From Clostridiales bacterium (GTDB lineage: Bacteria; Bacillota; Clostridia; Saccharofermentanales; DTU023), in assembly GCA_004556455.1 (NCBI GenBank), contig SFGY01000001.1, positions 160,181-224,180 on the forward strand: a DNA stretch of 64,000 nucleotides. The letters are read 5' to 3'. Below, piece by piece: positions 38,036-47,591 of this stretch (position 1 is its first letter; every line of letters begins with the position of its first letter). The notes under the pieces were generated by a model, which did not search any database, was not told the DNA's origin, and saw only the letters and a list, made by a program, of their open reading frames with translations. A program made the position numbers and the translations under genes.

Positions 38036-39310
38036 ATGACTGAGGTTTCCCGAAAAAAAGAACCTCTTGCCTATCGTATGGCACCCAGGACGCTGGCCGA
38101 ATTTTTCGGCCAGCGTCAATTGCTTGGGGAAGGAAAAATGCTGCGGCGCATGATTCTTGCCGATCAGCTCAGTTCCATCATCCTTTTCGGCCCTCCGGGC
38201 AGCGGCAAAAGTTCACTGGCTCGGGTCATTGCCAATGGAACCGAACGAAGCTTCAAGCGTCTTAATGCCGTCACTTCAGGGATCGCTGATATACGGCGTG
38301 TGATTGAAGACGCCGGAAATCCACTGCTCACCCCTGAGGGTAAAGTTCTCCTCTTTATTGATGAAATTCATCGTTTTAATAAAGCCCAACAGGATGCTCT
38401 CCTGCCCAGTGTGGAAGATGGGACGATCATTTTGATCGGGGCGACCACAGAAAATCCATTTTTTGAAGTCAATAAGGCCCTGCTCTCCCGCAGCACAGTC
38501 TTTCAGCTCAAGGCTCTGGAAGAAGAAGATATTCGGGAGATTCTTCATGCAGCCCTGAGCGATCCGGAACGGGGATACGGACATTTGCAGATCAGCCTGA
38601 CACCTGAGGCCGAGACCTTCCTTGTCCGGGGCTCCCGCGGCGATGCCCGGGTGGCCTTAAATGCTCTGGAACTTGCCGTGCTCTCCTCTAAACCTGCTGA
38701 GGATGGCAGCCTCAGGCTGGATCTGGAGACACTTTCAGACTGTCTGCAGGAGCCGGTTTTGCGCTATGACCGTGAAGGTGAAGCACATTACGACACGATC
38801 AGCGCCTTTATTAAATCGATGCGCGGCTCTGCACCCGACGCAGCGATTCATTACCTTGCCCGTATGCTGGAGAGTGGAGAGGATCCCGCCTTTATTGCCC
38901 GCCGTATTGTCATTTGCGCGGCGGAAGACGTCGGCCTTGCTAATCCCCAGCTACTCTCCATCTGCATGTCTGCCTGGCAGGCCGTCACCCAGATCGGCAT
39001 GCCGGAAGCCCGGATTATCCTCGCTGAAGCTGTTCTCCTGGTCGCGACCTCACCTAAATCTAACAGTGCCTACCTGGCCATTGATGCCGCCCTTGAAGAT
39101 GTGCGCAAAAAGGACATTGGTGAGATTCCCTATCATCTAAGGAATGCGCCCGTCGAGGGCATGGCCGAGCTGGGTTATGCCAGGGGCTATGAATATTCTC
39201 ACGATTTCCCTCTGCACGTTTCGGCTCAGGAATACCTGCCCGATGCTTTACGCGGAAAAAAATACTATCATCCGGGACAGCTCGGTTCGGAAAAGCGTCT
39301 TGCCACCTGA
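38036..39310 (+). CDS. rarA: Replication-associated recombination protein A (RarA/MgsA AAA+ ATPase)
   Basis: [16 protein letters not shown], Walker [57 protein letters not shown] and [18 protein letters not shown]. Confidence 0.93.
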   Translation: MTEVSRKKEPLAYRMAPRTLAEFFGQRQLLGEGKMLRRMILADQLSSIILFGPPGSGKSSLARVIANGTERSFKRLNAVTSGIADIRRVIEDAGNPLLTPEGKVLLFIDEIHRFNKAQQDALLPSVEDGTIILIGATTENPFFEVNKALLSRSTVFQLKALEEEDIREILHAALSDPERGYGHLQISLTPEAETFLVRGSRGDARVALNALELAVLSSKPAEDGSLRLDLETLSDCLQEPVLRYDREGEAHYDTISAFIKSMRGSAPDAAIHYLARMLESGEDPAFIARRIVICAAEDVGLANPQLLSICMSAWQAVTQIGMPEARIILAEAVLLVATSPKSNSAYLAIDAALEDVRKKDIGEIPYHLRNAPVEGMAELGYARGYEYSHDFPLHVSAQEYLPDALRGKKYYHPGQLGSEKRLAT

Positions 39311-39373
39311 CTGGAAGAGCTTGAGAAAGCAAAAGATAAGCTGAAGAAGGGCTGAAGAGGCCCCTGTTTTGAT

Positions 39374-39387
39374 GTAACACGTGTTAC
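39374..39387. promoter_or_regulatory. Perfect 14-bp palindrome GTAACACGTGTTAC upstream of nifS-nifU (candidate operator)
   Basis: Read directly from the sequence. It lies 79 nt upstream of the nifS ATG, in the 155-nt rarA-nifS spacer. Confidence 0.3.
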
Positions 39388-39465
39388 TCAACGCTTACCC
39401 GCTAAATCCTAAAATAGAGTTAGTTAATAAGGCCCCTCGGGCTTTTCCATCGGGAGTATAGATTT

Positions 39466-40674
39466 ATGAACAGAACTCAACATAGAATTTACTTTGACCA
39501 TGCTGCAACAACAGCCGTTCGTCCGGAAGTCGCCGATGTGATTTACGATGTCATGAAACATGTTTATGGCAATCCTTCCTCACTGTACAAAGAAGGACAC
39601 GAAGCGGCTCATCTTGTCGCTGACGCGCGTGCCAGACTGGCGGATATACTGAATTGTGCCCCGAACGAGCTTTATTTCACTTCCTGCGGCACTGAGTCAG
39701 ATAACTGGGCCATCAAGGGAACGGCCTTCAAACTCGCCGGCAAAGGCAAGCATCTGATTACCTCAAAAATTGAGCATCATGCCATTTTGCACAGCATGGA
39801 GTGGCTGAAAACTCAGGGCTTCGACATTACTTATCTCGATGTTGATGAGCTGGGACGGGTGAATCCGCAGGATGTTGCTGCAGCCATTCGTGAGGATACC
39901 ATTCTCGTTTCGATTATGATGGCTAATAATGAGGTTGGTACGATTCAGCCCGTTGAAGAGATTGCCAGGATTTGCCACGAAAAGCAGGTTCTCTTTCACT
40001 GTGACGCGGTGCAGGCTTTTGGAGCCATCCCCATCGATGTGAAAAAGCTCGGCGTCGACATGATGTCCTTCTCCGGCCACAAGCTGGGCACACCCAAGGG
40101 CATCGGCCTTATGTATATGCGCCGTGGCGTGCGTATTGATAATTTAATTCATGGTGGAGCTCAGGAATACGGCAAACGCGCGGGAACAGAAAATGTCCCC
40201 TATATTGTCGGTCTTGCTAAAGCCGCCGAACTGGCTATGGCAGAGATGCCTGAGAAGACGGCAAAGCTCACGGAGCTGCGCGAGTATCTTGTCAAAGAAC
40301 TGTTGAGCAAAATTTCACACAGCCGCTACAATGGCGACCCGGTTCATCGCCTGCCCAACAACATGAACTTTTCCTTTGAATTTATTGAAGGAGAGTCCAT
40401 TCTGCTCATGCTGGATGCTCTGGGCTATGATACCTCCTCGGGTTCGGCCTGCGCTTCTTCGGATCTTAAACCCTCTCATGTCCTTCTGGCCATCGGTTTA
40501 CCGGCAGAAATAGCTCATGGCTCAATTCGCATCACCCTTGGCTCGGATAATACCAAAGAAGACGTTGAGGCTCTGGCAAAAGACCTTCCCGAGATTATCG
40601 AGAGGCTGCGCCAGATGTCGCCCCTCTGGGAAGCCTTTCAGAAAGGCGAAATTGAAAACTGTCTCATTCCCTGA
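39466..40674 (+). CDS. nifS: Cysteine desulfurase NifS/IscS
   Basis: IYFDHAATT, FTSCGTESDN, the PLP lysine in SFSGHKLGTPKGIG, RAGTENVP, and the active-site SSGSACAS. Confidence 0.93.
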   Translation: MNRTQHRIYFDHAATTAVRPEVADVIYDVMKHVYGNPSSLYKEGHEAAHLVADARARLADILNCAPNELYFTSCGTESDNWAIKGTAFKLAGKGKHLITSKIEHHAILHSMEWLKTQGFDITYLDVDELGRVNPQDVAAAIREDTILVSIMMANNEVGTIQPVEEIARICHEKQVLFHCDAVQAFGAIPIDVKKLGVDMMSFSGHKLGTPKGIGLMYMRRGVRIDNLIHGGAQEYGKRAGTENVPYIVGLAKAAELAMAEMPEKTAKLTELREYLVKELLSKISHSRYNGDPVHRLPNNMNFSFEFIEGESILLMLDALGYDTSSGSACASSDLKPSHVLLAIGLPAEIAHGSIRITLGSDNTKEDVEALAKDLPEIIERLRQMSPLWEAFQKGEIENCLIP

Positions 40675-40706
40675 TTCAACAGGACAATAGATTAAGGAGC
40701 AAAATT

Positions 40707-41210
40707 ATGGCACTGGAATACAGCGAAAAAGTAATGGATCATTTTCTCCATCCGAGAAATGTCGGAGAAATAGAAAAGGCAGATGCCAGCGGCACCGTGG
40801 GCAATCCAGTCTGCGGCGACATCATGAAGATGGACCTCAAAATTGAGGATGGCATCATCAAAGACGCCAAGTTTAAGACTTTTGGTTGTGGATCGGCCAT
40901 TGCAACCTCTTCCATGGCGACTGAGATGATTATCGGAAAAACTGTCGATGAAGCTCTGGTTCTGACCAATAAGGCCGTGGCGGAAGCTCTGGATGGCCTG
41001 CCGCCCATTAAGATGCACTGCTCGATTCTGGCCGAACAGGCTGTCAAAACGGCGCTTAAAAAGTACTTTGAAGAACACGACATGATGACGCCGGAACGCG
41101 CGGCACAGTTCAAAATTCTTGATGAAGAAGAGGAAGAAGAAAGTTCCGTCTACCGCAGCAAGCGCGCAGAATACATGAACGAGCAGAAAGACCTGATGCA
41201 GAATAAATAA
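40707..41210 (+). CDS. nifU: Fe-S cluster assembly scaffold NifU/IscU, with an acidic C-terminal extension
   Basis: YSEKVMDHFLHPRNVG, GNPVCGDIM, FKTFGCGSAIATSS and PPIKMHCS, giving the three cluster-ligand cysteines. Confidence 0.93.
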   Translation: MALEYSEKVMDHFLHPRNVGEIEKADASGTVGNPVCGDIMKMDLKIEDGIIKDAKFKTFGCGSAIATSSMATEMIIGKTVDEALVLTNKAVAEALDGLPPIKMHCSILAEQAVKTALKKYFEEHDMMTPERAAQFKILDEEEEEESSVYRSKRAEYMNEQKDLMQNK

Positions 41211-41239
41211 AAGCACATTTCAGCAGGAGGACTTTATTT

Positions 41240-42679
41240 ATGACAGCCAAAAAAGAAAGTGGCAAAGAGAAAAAGAACGCTATCTGCGAAAAGCTCTGCT
41301 TTGAGGCAAAAAAAGCGGCTGAACTGGCCGATGCCCACAGTATCAGAGCGGCTGAAGGATTTTCCGGAGATTATATGAAAGCGCTGAACGCCGGAAAAAC
41401 CGAGCGCGAGTTTCACCATTTTGCTGTGGAGATGCTGAAAAAAGCCGGATTTGTTGAGCTGTCCTCGCAGAACAGGCTTAAGGCCGGCGACAAGGTTTAC
41501 TGCAGCATTCACGGTAAAGGTCTTTTTGCCGCTGTCGTCGGGCACGGACCTTTAACGGATGGTCTGGCCATTGTAGGCGCTCATATTGACTCTCCGAGAC
41601 TTGACCTGAAGCCGAATCCCCTGTATGAAGACAACGAGATGGCCTTACTCAAAACGCATTACTACGGCGGGATCAAGAAATATCAATGGGTAGCGATTCC
41701 TCTGGCACTCCATGGCGTCGTCATGCTGAAGAATGGTGAAAAATTGGAACTCAGCATTGGCGAAGATGAGAAGGATCCTGTTTTTGTCATCACGGATCTG
41801 CTGCCGCATCTGGGCAAGGACCAAATGGCGAAGAAGGCCTCTGAGGTGATTGAAGGGGAGAAGCTCAACGTGCTCATCGGCGGATATCCTCATCCCGATA
41901 AGGATATCGAAAAGCGCTTTAAACTTGGAGTTTTGCAGCTTCTCAACGAGCAGTACGGCATCACGGAGCGTGACCTGCTTTCGGCTGAGCTGGAGATCGT
42001 TCCGGCCAGCAAAGCCCGTGACGTCGGCCTTGACCGCGCTTTTATCGGCGCTTATGGTCAGGATGACCGCGTTTGTGCCTACACCGCTCTCAAAGCCCTT
42101 GTCGACGCCAAAGTTCAGAACAAAACCCAGGCGGTCATTCTCTCTGATAAAGAAGAAGTGGGGAGTAACGGCAACACCGGCGCACATTCTCAGCTCTATT
42201 TCTTCGCGATGAACGAATTGCAGGCCAGAGTCAGCGGCAAAGAGCTTAGCCGTCTCGATGAACAGCGCTGCATAGAAAACAGCTGCATGCTCTCCACGGA
42301 TGTCACTGCAGCCTTTGATCCCAATTATCCGGAGGTTATGGAACCTCTCAATGCTGCATACTGCGGCCGTGGTATCGGCGTCTGCAAGTACACCGGTTCC
42401 AGGGGCAAGGGAGGCACCACCGATGCCAATGCAGAATACCTGAACAGTGTCACCCGACTTTTTGACGAGAAAAAGCTTCCCTGGCAGATTGGTGAACTCG
42501 GCAAAGTCGACCAGGGTGGCGGCGGCACCATTGCCTATATCTTTGCTAATGCCGGTATGCAGGTTCTCGACTGCGGCGTGCCCGTGCTTTCCATGCACTC
42601 CTGCTTCGAGGTGACGAGCAAACTGGATGTCTACAACACCTACCGCGCCTACGTCGCTTTCCTGGAAAATATGAAATAA
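41240..42679 (+). CDS. M18-family aminopeptidase (aminopeptidase 1-like)
   Basis: VGAHIDSPRLDLKPNP, THYYGGIKKYQW, AYGQDDRVC, SDKEEVGS and LSMHSCFE are M18/M42-type metal-ligand blocks. Confidence 0.85.
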   Translation: MTAKKESGKEKKNAICEKLCFEAKKAAELADAHSIRAAEGFSGDYMKALNAGKTEREFHHFAVEMLKKAGFVELSSQNRLKAGDKVYCSIHGKGLFAAVVGHGPLTDGLAIVGAHIDSPRLDLKPNPLYEDNEMALLKTHYYGGIKKYQWVAIPLALHGVVMLKNGEKLELSIGEDEKDPVFVITDLLPHLGKDQMAKKASEVIEGEKLNVLIGGYPHPDKDIEKRFKLGVLQLLNEQYGITERDLLSAELEIVPASKARDVGLDRAFIGAYGQDDRVCAYTALKALVDAKVQNKTQAVILSDKEEVGSNGNTGAHSQLYFFAMNELQARVSGKELSRLDEQRCIENSCMLSTDVTAAFDPNYPEVMEPLNAAYCGRGIGVCKYTGSRGKGGTTDANAEYLNSVTRLFDEKKLPWQIGELGKVDQGGGGTIAYIFANAGMQVLDCGVPVLSMHSCFEVTSKLDVYNTYRAYVAFLENMK

Positions 42680-42692
42680 GTGCTGAATTCAT

Positions 42693-43337
42693 CTAACGGT
42701 CCATGCGGGTGAGACGACCAGCGTCCATCTCGTGGACCGTATCACAGAGGAGCCTGATATCGGCGTTAGAATGCGTCGCAATGAGCAGGGTTTTTCCCTG
42801 CTCTTTTAATTGAAGAAAAAGCTGTCGCATATCGTTTTGAGAATGTCGATCAAGACCGCTCATGGGTTCGTCCAGAATAAGTAAATCCGGGTTCTCCATA
42901 ATGGCTTGAGCAATGCCAAGGCGCTGCTTCATGCCGAGTGAAAAATGACCCACGTATTTTTTGTCGTCAGGATCCAGACCAACGCATGTAATCGCACGCC
43001 GGATCTCCTCTAGCCCTGCCTTATTTTGCAGAGCAGCCAGCATTTTCAGGTTTTGGACGGCACTGTAACGAGGCAGGAATCCTGGATGCTCAATTATAAC
43101 GCCAATATCAGGGGGATAATCAAAATCTTTTCCCACGAACTTTCCTCGCACCTCAACACTTCCGGAATCAAGTTTAATTAAGCCGCAAATCGCTCGCAGC
43201 AAGACCGTTTTACCAGAACCATTTTCACCCACTATGCCGTGAATTTCACCTGCTTTCAGACTCATGTTGACGTGATCAAGAACTATTTGCCTGCGATAGG
43301 TTTTCACCGCATCCGTGATTTTGATGATGGTTTCCAT
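42693..43337 (-). CDS. ABC transporter ATP-binding protein, LanF/BcrA-like (E-loop)
   Basis: Walker A GENGSGKTV, signature FSLGMKQRL, Walker B LLILDEPMSGLD, H-loop ATHS. The Q-loop position reads IGVIIEHPGFLPRYSAVQNL. This is the last gene of the minus-strand operon. Confidence 0.9.
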   Translation of the reverse strand: METIIKITDAVKTYRRQIVLDHVNMSLKAGEIHGIVGENGSGKTVLLRAICGLIKLDSGSVEVRGKFVGKDFDYPPDIGVIIEHPGFLPRYSAVQNLKMLAALQNKAGLEEIRRAITCVGLDPDDKKYVGHFSLGMKQRLGIAQAIMENPDLLILDEPMSGLDRHSQNDMRQLFLQLKEQGKTLLIATHSNADIRLLCDTVHEMDAGRLTRMDR

Positions 43338-43356
43338 GATGAACGAACCCTTTCAT

Positions 43357-44289
43357 TTATTCTATGGATAAAAAATCTTTCCTGCGGAATAGCACATAGC
43401 ACAAAAAACTCAGAATCAGTACGAGCAGGAAAAGGACGATCATGGCCGTGTGCTCTGTAATCATTGGATTTCCAGGATCACGGCTCAGATTAAAGCTATA
43501 AAGCAACATCCAGCTTGCAGGGAAATATTTTCCCCACAGGGGATCGCCGAATGCCTGTAAAAATTCCGGAGATAAGGCGACAATGAATGCAATGAGACCG
43601 CCATAAGCTTTGTTTTTTTCCCCGACCAGTAGGGAAATAAGGAAAATCAGCAGTGCCACCATGAGATATTCCAGAAGTGAAATGACGGTGCAGATTTTCA
43701 TTGCCTGAAGAGGGCTTAAGTTTTGCACGATCGGGCGGGCAAACGCCATAAAACCAACGCCTGCAGAATTCGCCATCATGTAATCAGTACTTGTCAGGTG
43801 GATTAACTTTCCCCAATCAAAACTAAAATACAGGTTAGGGACGCAAAAAATGAGACTGAGCAGAACTGTAAAAATAAAATAGAGAAAAGAGCAAGCAAAG
43901 ATGAAGACCATCCGCGAGGCAAAAAAAGCCTTTTTGCCACAACGCAGAATCTCATCTACAGAGTTTCCGCTCAAAAAAGGCGCATCCGCAAAAAGCAGAA
44001 TGGAGCCTGCAAGGAGCTGACGATAATAGACAGAAGAAAAGATGGGATAGACCCACGGTGTCACTCGATAATTCATCAGCACGCAAGCCTTGCGGATGTT
44101 CTCATAACAGGGCCACCAGGTAATAAGGCAGAGGTAAATAATGAGCAGAGCGATTCGTCGATTCCCTTTCAGAGCCAGAAACTGATTTTTTACAAGGTAA
44201 ACAGTTCTGTAAGCCATACTTGTCTGCTTTGATGGAGACAGCAGAGATGGTGTTGAGGGCACAAATTGCTGGGCTGATTGACAAAGCAT
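43357..44289 (-). CDS. ABC-2 type permease (six predicted TM helices)
   Basis: The protein is hydrophobic throughout. GAAAGGGA lies 7 nt upstream of ATG 44289. ATG 44217 (MAYRTVYLVKNQF...) is an alternative. The gene is 19 nt upstream of the ATPase gene. Confidence 0.65.
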   Translation of the reverse strand: MLCQSAQQFVPSTPSLLSPSKQTSMAYRTVYLVKNQFLALKGNRRIALLIIYLCLITWWPCYENIRKACVLMNYRVTPWVYPIFSSVYYRQLLAGSILLFADAPFLSGNSVDEILRCGKKAFFASRMVFIFACSFLYFIFTVLLSLIFCVPNLYFSFDWGKLIHLTSTDYMMANSAGVGFMAFARPIVQNLSPLQAMKICTVISLLEYLMVALLIFLISLLVGEKNKAYGGLIAFIVALSPEFLQAFGDPLWGKYFPASWMLLYSFNLSRDPGNPMITEHTAMIVLFLLVLILSFLCYVLFRRKDFLSIE

Positions 44290-44303
44290 ACGGGAGTCCC
44301 TTT

Positions 44304-45131
44304 CTATCTTTTCTCTAGGATTTTGCGCAAGCGTAAAACAGCCATGGCTGAAAAAAAGGTCGCTACGAGCAATATTTCCATGACATTCAGGGTAAAAACG
44401 AGCCCGGCAGGGATGTCTTCTAAAACCCGTGCTCCTCCCGAAAATGCCAAAGCTGGTGCAAAAGCCCTGAATCCGAAAGCAAAGTATAAAACGCGGCTCA
44501 GATAGACATAGCCAAGATAAGTCGCACCGACCGTCATGTAAAGGTCATCAGTGAAAACAGTCGTCATCAGCGCAAAAAGCGACCAGACAGCACAATGCAG
44601 GGAATTATTTGCAATGATTAAAAGGTAATAAATAAAGGGGGATTCGATTTGCAATCTTCGAAACGGCTTGAGCAGGGCAAAAATTTCCGGCTCTGGCAAC
44701 ATACCTAAGTTAGCTTGATTCAAAGCGAATACAGTCAAGGTACAGAAACTGTAAGAGATAAAAGCCACGGCAAAGCTGCTCCAAAAACAGGCCAGACATT
44801 TAGACAGCATATAATCATCCGCCCTAATCCGCACAAAAATATAAGGGAGCAAACCACTCTTCTTATCTTCCTGGTATGACAGGGAATAGGCCAGACTGCT
44901 GATGGCTATACTACTTATGGATACCGCATTTTGTAAAAAACATGTTGAGTAGTAATTCAGGCCGATCGCCTGACCTCGCGTTATCATAAATTCACTGAAG
45001 AACAAGCCGAAACGACTGAGAAAAAAGAGAACGCAGGCGACAGCAAATGAAGTACTTAATATACTTTGCTGAAGTTGTTGTCGTATAATCGCAAATGGTT
45101 CTCTCTTCATTTGATCAGCACTTTTATTCAT
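44304..45131 (-). CDS. ABC-2 type permease (LanE/G-like size and topology)
   Basis: About 275 aa with six hydrophobic segments. ATG 45131 lies 1 nt after the lipoprotein stop with AAAGG 5 nt upstream. The ORF-track ATG at 45146 would overlap the upstream gene by 14 nt. Confidence 0.65.
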   Translation of the reverse strand: MNKSADQMKREPFAIIRQQLQQSILSTSFAVACVLFFLSRFGLFFSEFMITRGQAIGLNYYSTCFLQNAVSISSIAISSLAYSLSYQEDKKSGLLPYIFVRIRADDYMLSKCLACFWSSFAVAFISYSFCTLTVFALNQANLGMLPEPEIFALLKPFRRLQIESPFIYYLLIIANNSLHCAVWSLFALMTTVFTDDLYMTVGATYLGYVYLSRVLYFAFGFRAFAPALAFSGGARVLEDIPAGLVFTLNVMEILLVATFFSAMAVLRLRKILEKR

Positions 45132-45132
45132 A

Positions 45133-46326
45133 CTAACCTTTGCCATTTCCCGTAAATTGAGGAGTCGGAAGTGTTAACAGTTCGCCACTAACCGCATCAA
45201 AAATAATTTCTTTGAAAGAATCTCCTCCAAATTCACCGGCTTGTTCCGGCAGGAAGTGAATACAAAGAAGATAGGCCGGTGTAAATAAGACGTACTGGCT
45301 GTCCTCTTCGTTCAGATAACGTATTGGTGCATAAAGCAGTTCAAGATTAAACAGTTCCTGCGCCTTCGCGCCACGAACAAGTGGTAGATGACTCAGGTAT
45401 TCTTCAGCTTTAGCTCTGGCCTCCTCTGCGCTCATGATGGTTTGTGGCGTTCCTTCTTTGCGGATCAATTGCCAACGGTTAAATATTTCAAACTGTTCGG
45501 ATTGTTTTTCGCTTATGCGGTAATGAATCACGGCAGAAGGAGAGCCAAAGGACAGTTCATCATAAATGGGAAGACCATTGATCACTTGCATCGCTTCCAG
45601 ACCGTAGGCATCTGCCGGAGCGACTTCACCCGGGACATTAAGCAATGCAGATCCCTTTATGATCGTTTCAATATTGCGAATATAATAAGCCTCATAGCCC
45701 AGCGTGTCTAAGATTTTTTCTGTCCTGTGGATGAGTTCTGGCCCAGAAAGGAAGGCACATTCTTCCGGCGACTGCTCCTGTCCGCGGCGGTATGGACTGC
45801 GGGGCAGAAGAATAGAATCAATGGAATTGATGGTTAAATCGGAGGGGGCGACTTCCTCTGGAAAGGCTCTGAAGCTTAGCATAGACATTTTTTTCCCAAC
45901 GCTAAGTCGGATGTCCTTCCCGCCTTCAACGTAAAAAATGGAGCTGTTTTCTGAACTTTCCGGGCTCTTTTTCCAGACGTAATCCGGAAAAGCCGATTGT
46001 GCTTTGCTTTCATCAAAATAATCAAGGCTCAGCACAAGCTGTTCATAGGCTGATTGCGGCGTAATTCTCAGATGGGCATCTGCTGCATTCGCTTGCTTGA
46101 CATCCGGCGCACCAGAAGCCGAAGAACCTGAAGGTTCTACGTATTGAGGAACCTGCTCTGTATGGACTTCTTCGACACTAACCTTTAGTTCCGCCTGACG
46201 GGTCGGCGATTCATTGGCAATCGGCTGGATCTCCTCTGAACAAGAAACAAGGAACAAACACAAGGCAAGACAGACCACGCTTAGCAGTATGCAGCGTCCG
46301 AAATGTGTTAGATTTTTCTTTTTCAT
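45133..46326 (-). CDS. Lipoprotein of unknown function (397 aa)
   Basis: The signal peptide ends in the lipobox LFLVSC (MKKKNLTHFGRCILLSVVCLALCLFLVSCSEE). The mature part is soluble, and I recognise no motif in it. Confidence 0.7.
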   Translation of the reverse strand: MKKKNLTHFGRCILLSVVCLALCLFLVSCSEEIQPIANESPTRQAELKVSVEEVHTEQVPQYVEPSGSSASGAPDVKQANAADAHLRITPQSAYEQLVLSLDYFDESKAQSAFPDYVWKKSPESSENSSIFYVEGGKDIRLSVGKKMSMLSFRAFPEEVAPSDLTINSIDSILLPRSPYRRGQEQSPEECAFLSGPELIHRTEKILDTLGYEAYYIRNIETIIKGSALLNVPGEVAPADAYGLEAMQVINGLPIYDELSFGSPSAVIHYRISEKQSEQFEIFNRWQLIRKEGTPQTIMSAEEARAKAEEYLSHLPLVRGAKAQELFNLELLYAPIRYLNEEDSQYVLFTPAYLLCIHFLPEQAGEFGGDSFKEIIFDAVSGELLTLPTPQFTGNGKG

Positions 46327-46376
46327 AATTCAATACTCCATTTTGTGCTAGAAGATGTTGTCATAGTCCACAACTG

Positions 46377-46416
46377 CCGGATCGGGCACCTGGGAAAAGC
46401 CAAAGTGCCCGATCGG
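46377..46416 (-). other. Strong intercistronic RNA hairpin between the small-protein gene and the lipoprotein gene
   Basis: The arms CCGGATCGGGCAC (46377-46389) and GTGCCCGATCGG (46405-46416) give 12 bp with one bulged G and a 15-nt loop. No U-tract follows on the transcribed (minus) strand. Confidence 0.6.
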
Positions 46417-46426
46417 AGTTATAAGT

Positions 46427-46837
46427 TTACGGAATCCACAGTCCACTGACTTCAATTTTGCCGCCGGGAACAGTTGTGTACATGTTGGATGCAAACTGAT
46501 ATGAACTGCCCGTTTGTCCTTGCCCTGCAAGATATGAAAAAACAGTCATATACTGTGAACCAACAAAAATATCTACATTTAATTGCCTGAGCTGTGTAGC
46601 GTAGGATAAATCATCTGCGTTGCGAACGCGGAAATACACCTCATCTGTGTTGGGATCAAAGTAAGTGGCGTTGGTGACCTTACCACGTGCGTAGTTCAGA
46701 TTCTCAGTCTTTTCTACTGGTCCAGATAAAATTGGATTAGGACCATTGTACAAAGTAAAGCTAAACGCTGAATACGCAAATACCGGGACTGAAAAGATTA
46801 GCATTGCCACAAGGAGCAATAAACTGGCTTTTCTCAT
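46427..46837 (-). CDS. Small secreted protein of unknown function (136 aa precursor)
   Basis: Signal peptide MRKASLLLLVAMLIFSVPVFA/YS. The mature ~115 aa are rich in Tyr, Asn, Gly and Ser with no Cys. GGAGG lies 11 nt upstream of ATG 46837. The ORF-track start at 46855 is a TTG overlapping the SD. Confidence 0.6.
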   Translation of the reverse strand: MRKASLLLLVAMLIFSVPVFAYSAFSFTLYNGPNPILSGPVEKTENLNYARGKVTNATYFDPNTDEVYFRVRNADDLSYATQLRQLNVDIFVGSQYMTVFSYLAGQGQTGSSYQFASNMYTTVPGGKIEVSGLWIP

Positions 46838-47084
46838 GATGTTATTTACCTCCAAATTAATCAGAAAATCGCTGAAATGATGGCCTCCTACTCTCAGCAG
46901 AGCTAAGGCCCTTTTGGGGATTTGTCTAGACGCGCAACCTTGGAAACTGGATCTGTGCTCTGACAGTTATGATCTGCCTTGAGCGACGGGAATCATATTT
47001 GTTTTTCACCATACTGGCCAGGTCAGGAGAAAATCCTTGAATTGCATCAGCTTAAAAATCGTAATAGGTAGGTGTTGTATCAGA

Positions 47085-47519
47085 TCATTGATAATTTCTT
47101 GAATTAGAAATAACTGTGACAGTTTCAATAAAGTTGGAATCTTGGTAAACTTTTGCAATCAGCTTTGCTCGGTAGGTTTCCCCATAAGTTAGATTGAAGT
47201 GGGTCCTTTCTATAGTCAATCCATTGCCAGTCCATCGATCAACTTCTGACCAGAAACCAGAACTGTTTTGCTTTTCACATATGAGAGTAAGGTGGCAGCT
47301 ATAGCCTTGATAAAGGGAAACCATTCCGGAACAGATGGCACTACTTCCAGAAATGCGGCAATCTACAGCAGCAAGTTGTGTTCCAATAAAATAAACGCTA
47401 TTGTCACCTCCGTTTACGTGTAGGTCTGAAGTAGCTACTACCTTTTGGAGAAAGGTAAATGCAAATAGTAGCAGGAATAGTGTAGTCATATACACAATAA
47501 GGCATTTCTTTTTTTTCAT
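47085..47519 (-). CDS. Small secreted Cys-containing protein of unknown function (144 aa precursor)
   Basis: AAGGAGG lies 7 nt upstream of ATG 47519. The sequence begins MKKKKCLIVYMTTLFLLLFAFTFLQKVVA/TSD. The mature part has four Cys (..VDCRISGSSAICSG...GYSCHLTLICEK..). Confidence 0.6.
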   Translation of the reverse strand: MKKKKCLIVYMTTLFLLLFAFTFLQKVVATSDLHVNGGDNSVYFIGTQLAAVDCRISGSSAICSGMVSLYQGYSCHLTLICEKQNSSGFWSEVDRWTGNGLTIERTHFNLTYGETYRAKLIAKVYQDSNFIETVTVISNSRNYQ

Positions 47520-47556
47520 TTTCATACCTCCTTGGCGCTTAAGCCTTTCATTAATA

Positions 47557-47585
47557 AAAACGTACAAGGATGTTAAGGTGTTACA
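47557..47585 (-). promoter_or_regulatory. Candidate ECF-type promoter TGTAAC-17 nt-CGTTTT driving the minus-strand operon
   Basis: On the minus strand, TGTAAC corresponds to plus 47580-47585. A 17-nt spacer ACCTTAACATCCTTGTA follows, then CGTTTT (plus 47557-47562). This is about 35 nt upstream of the AAGGAGG/ATG of the first gene. It resembles the AAC ... CGT architecture of ECF promoters. Confidence 0.4.
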
Positions 47586-47587
47586 AT
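47579..47587 (+). promoter_or_regulatory. Candidate extended -10 element TGTTACAAT for the sigma-factor gene
   Basis: TGnTACAAT at 47579-47587 overlaps the candidate ECF -35 on the opposite strand. It ends only 4 nt before ATG 47592. Confidence 0.35.
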
Positions 47588-47591
47588 ATTT

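Noticed and set aside
41645-42598. A 317-aa minus-strand ORF inside the M18 aminopeptidase gene. Similar long antisense ORFs lie at 26542-27300 (in rbgA), 10293-10985 (in smc) and 2478-3032 (in ftsK).
   Set aside because: All are fully nested antisense to genes with clear motifs. They have no SD or start context and no recognisable domains, so I treat them as shadow ORFs.
46856-47084. A second ECF-type promoter (GTGAAAAAC ... CGTC) in the 229-nt gap between the two small secreted-protein genes.
   Set aside because: The spacing between the AAC of the putative -35 and CGTC is only about 12 nt, where 16-17 nt is expected. The alternative register lacks the AAC motif.
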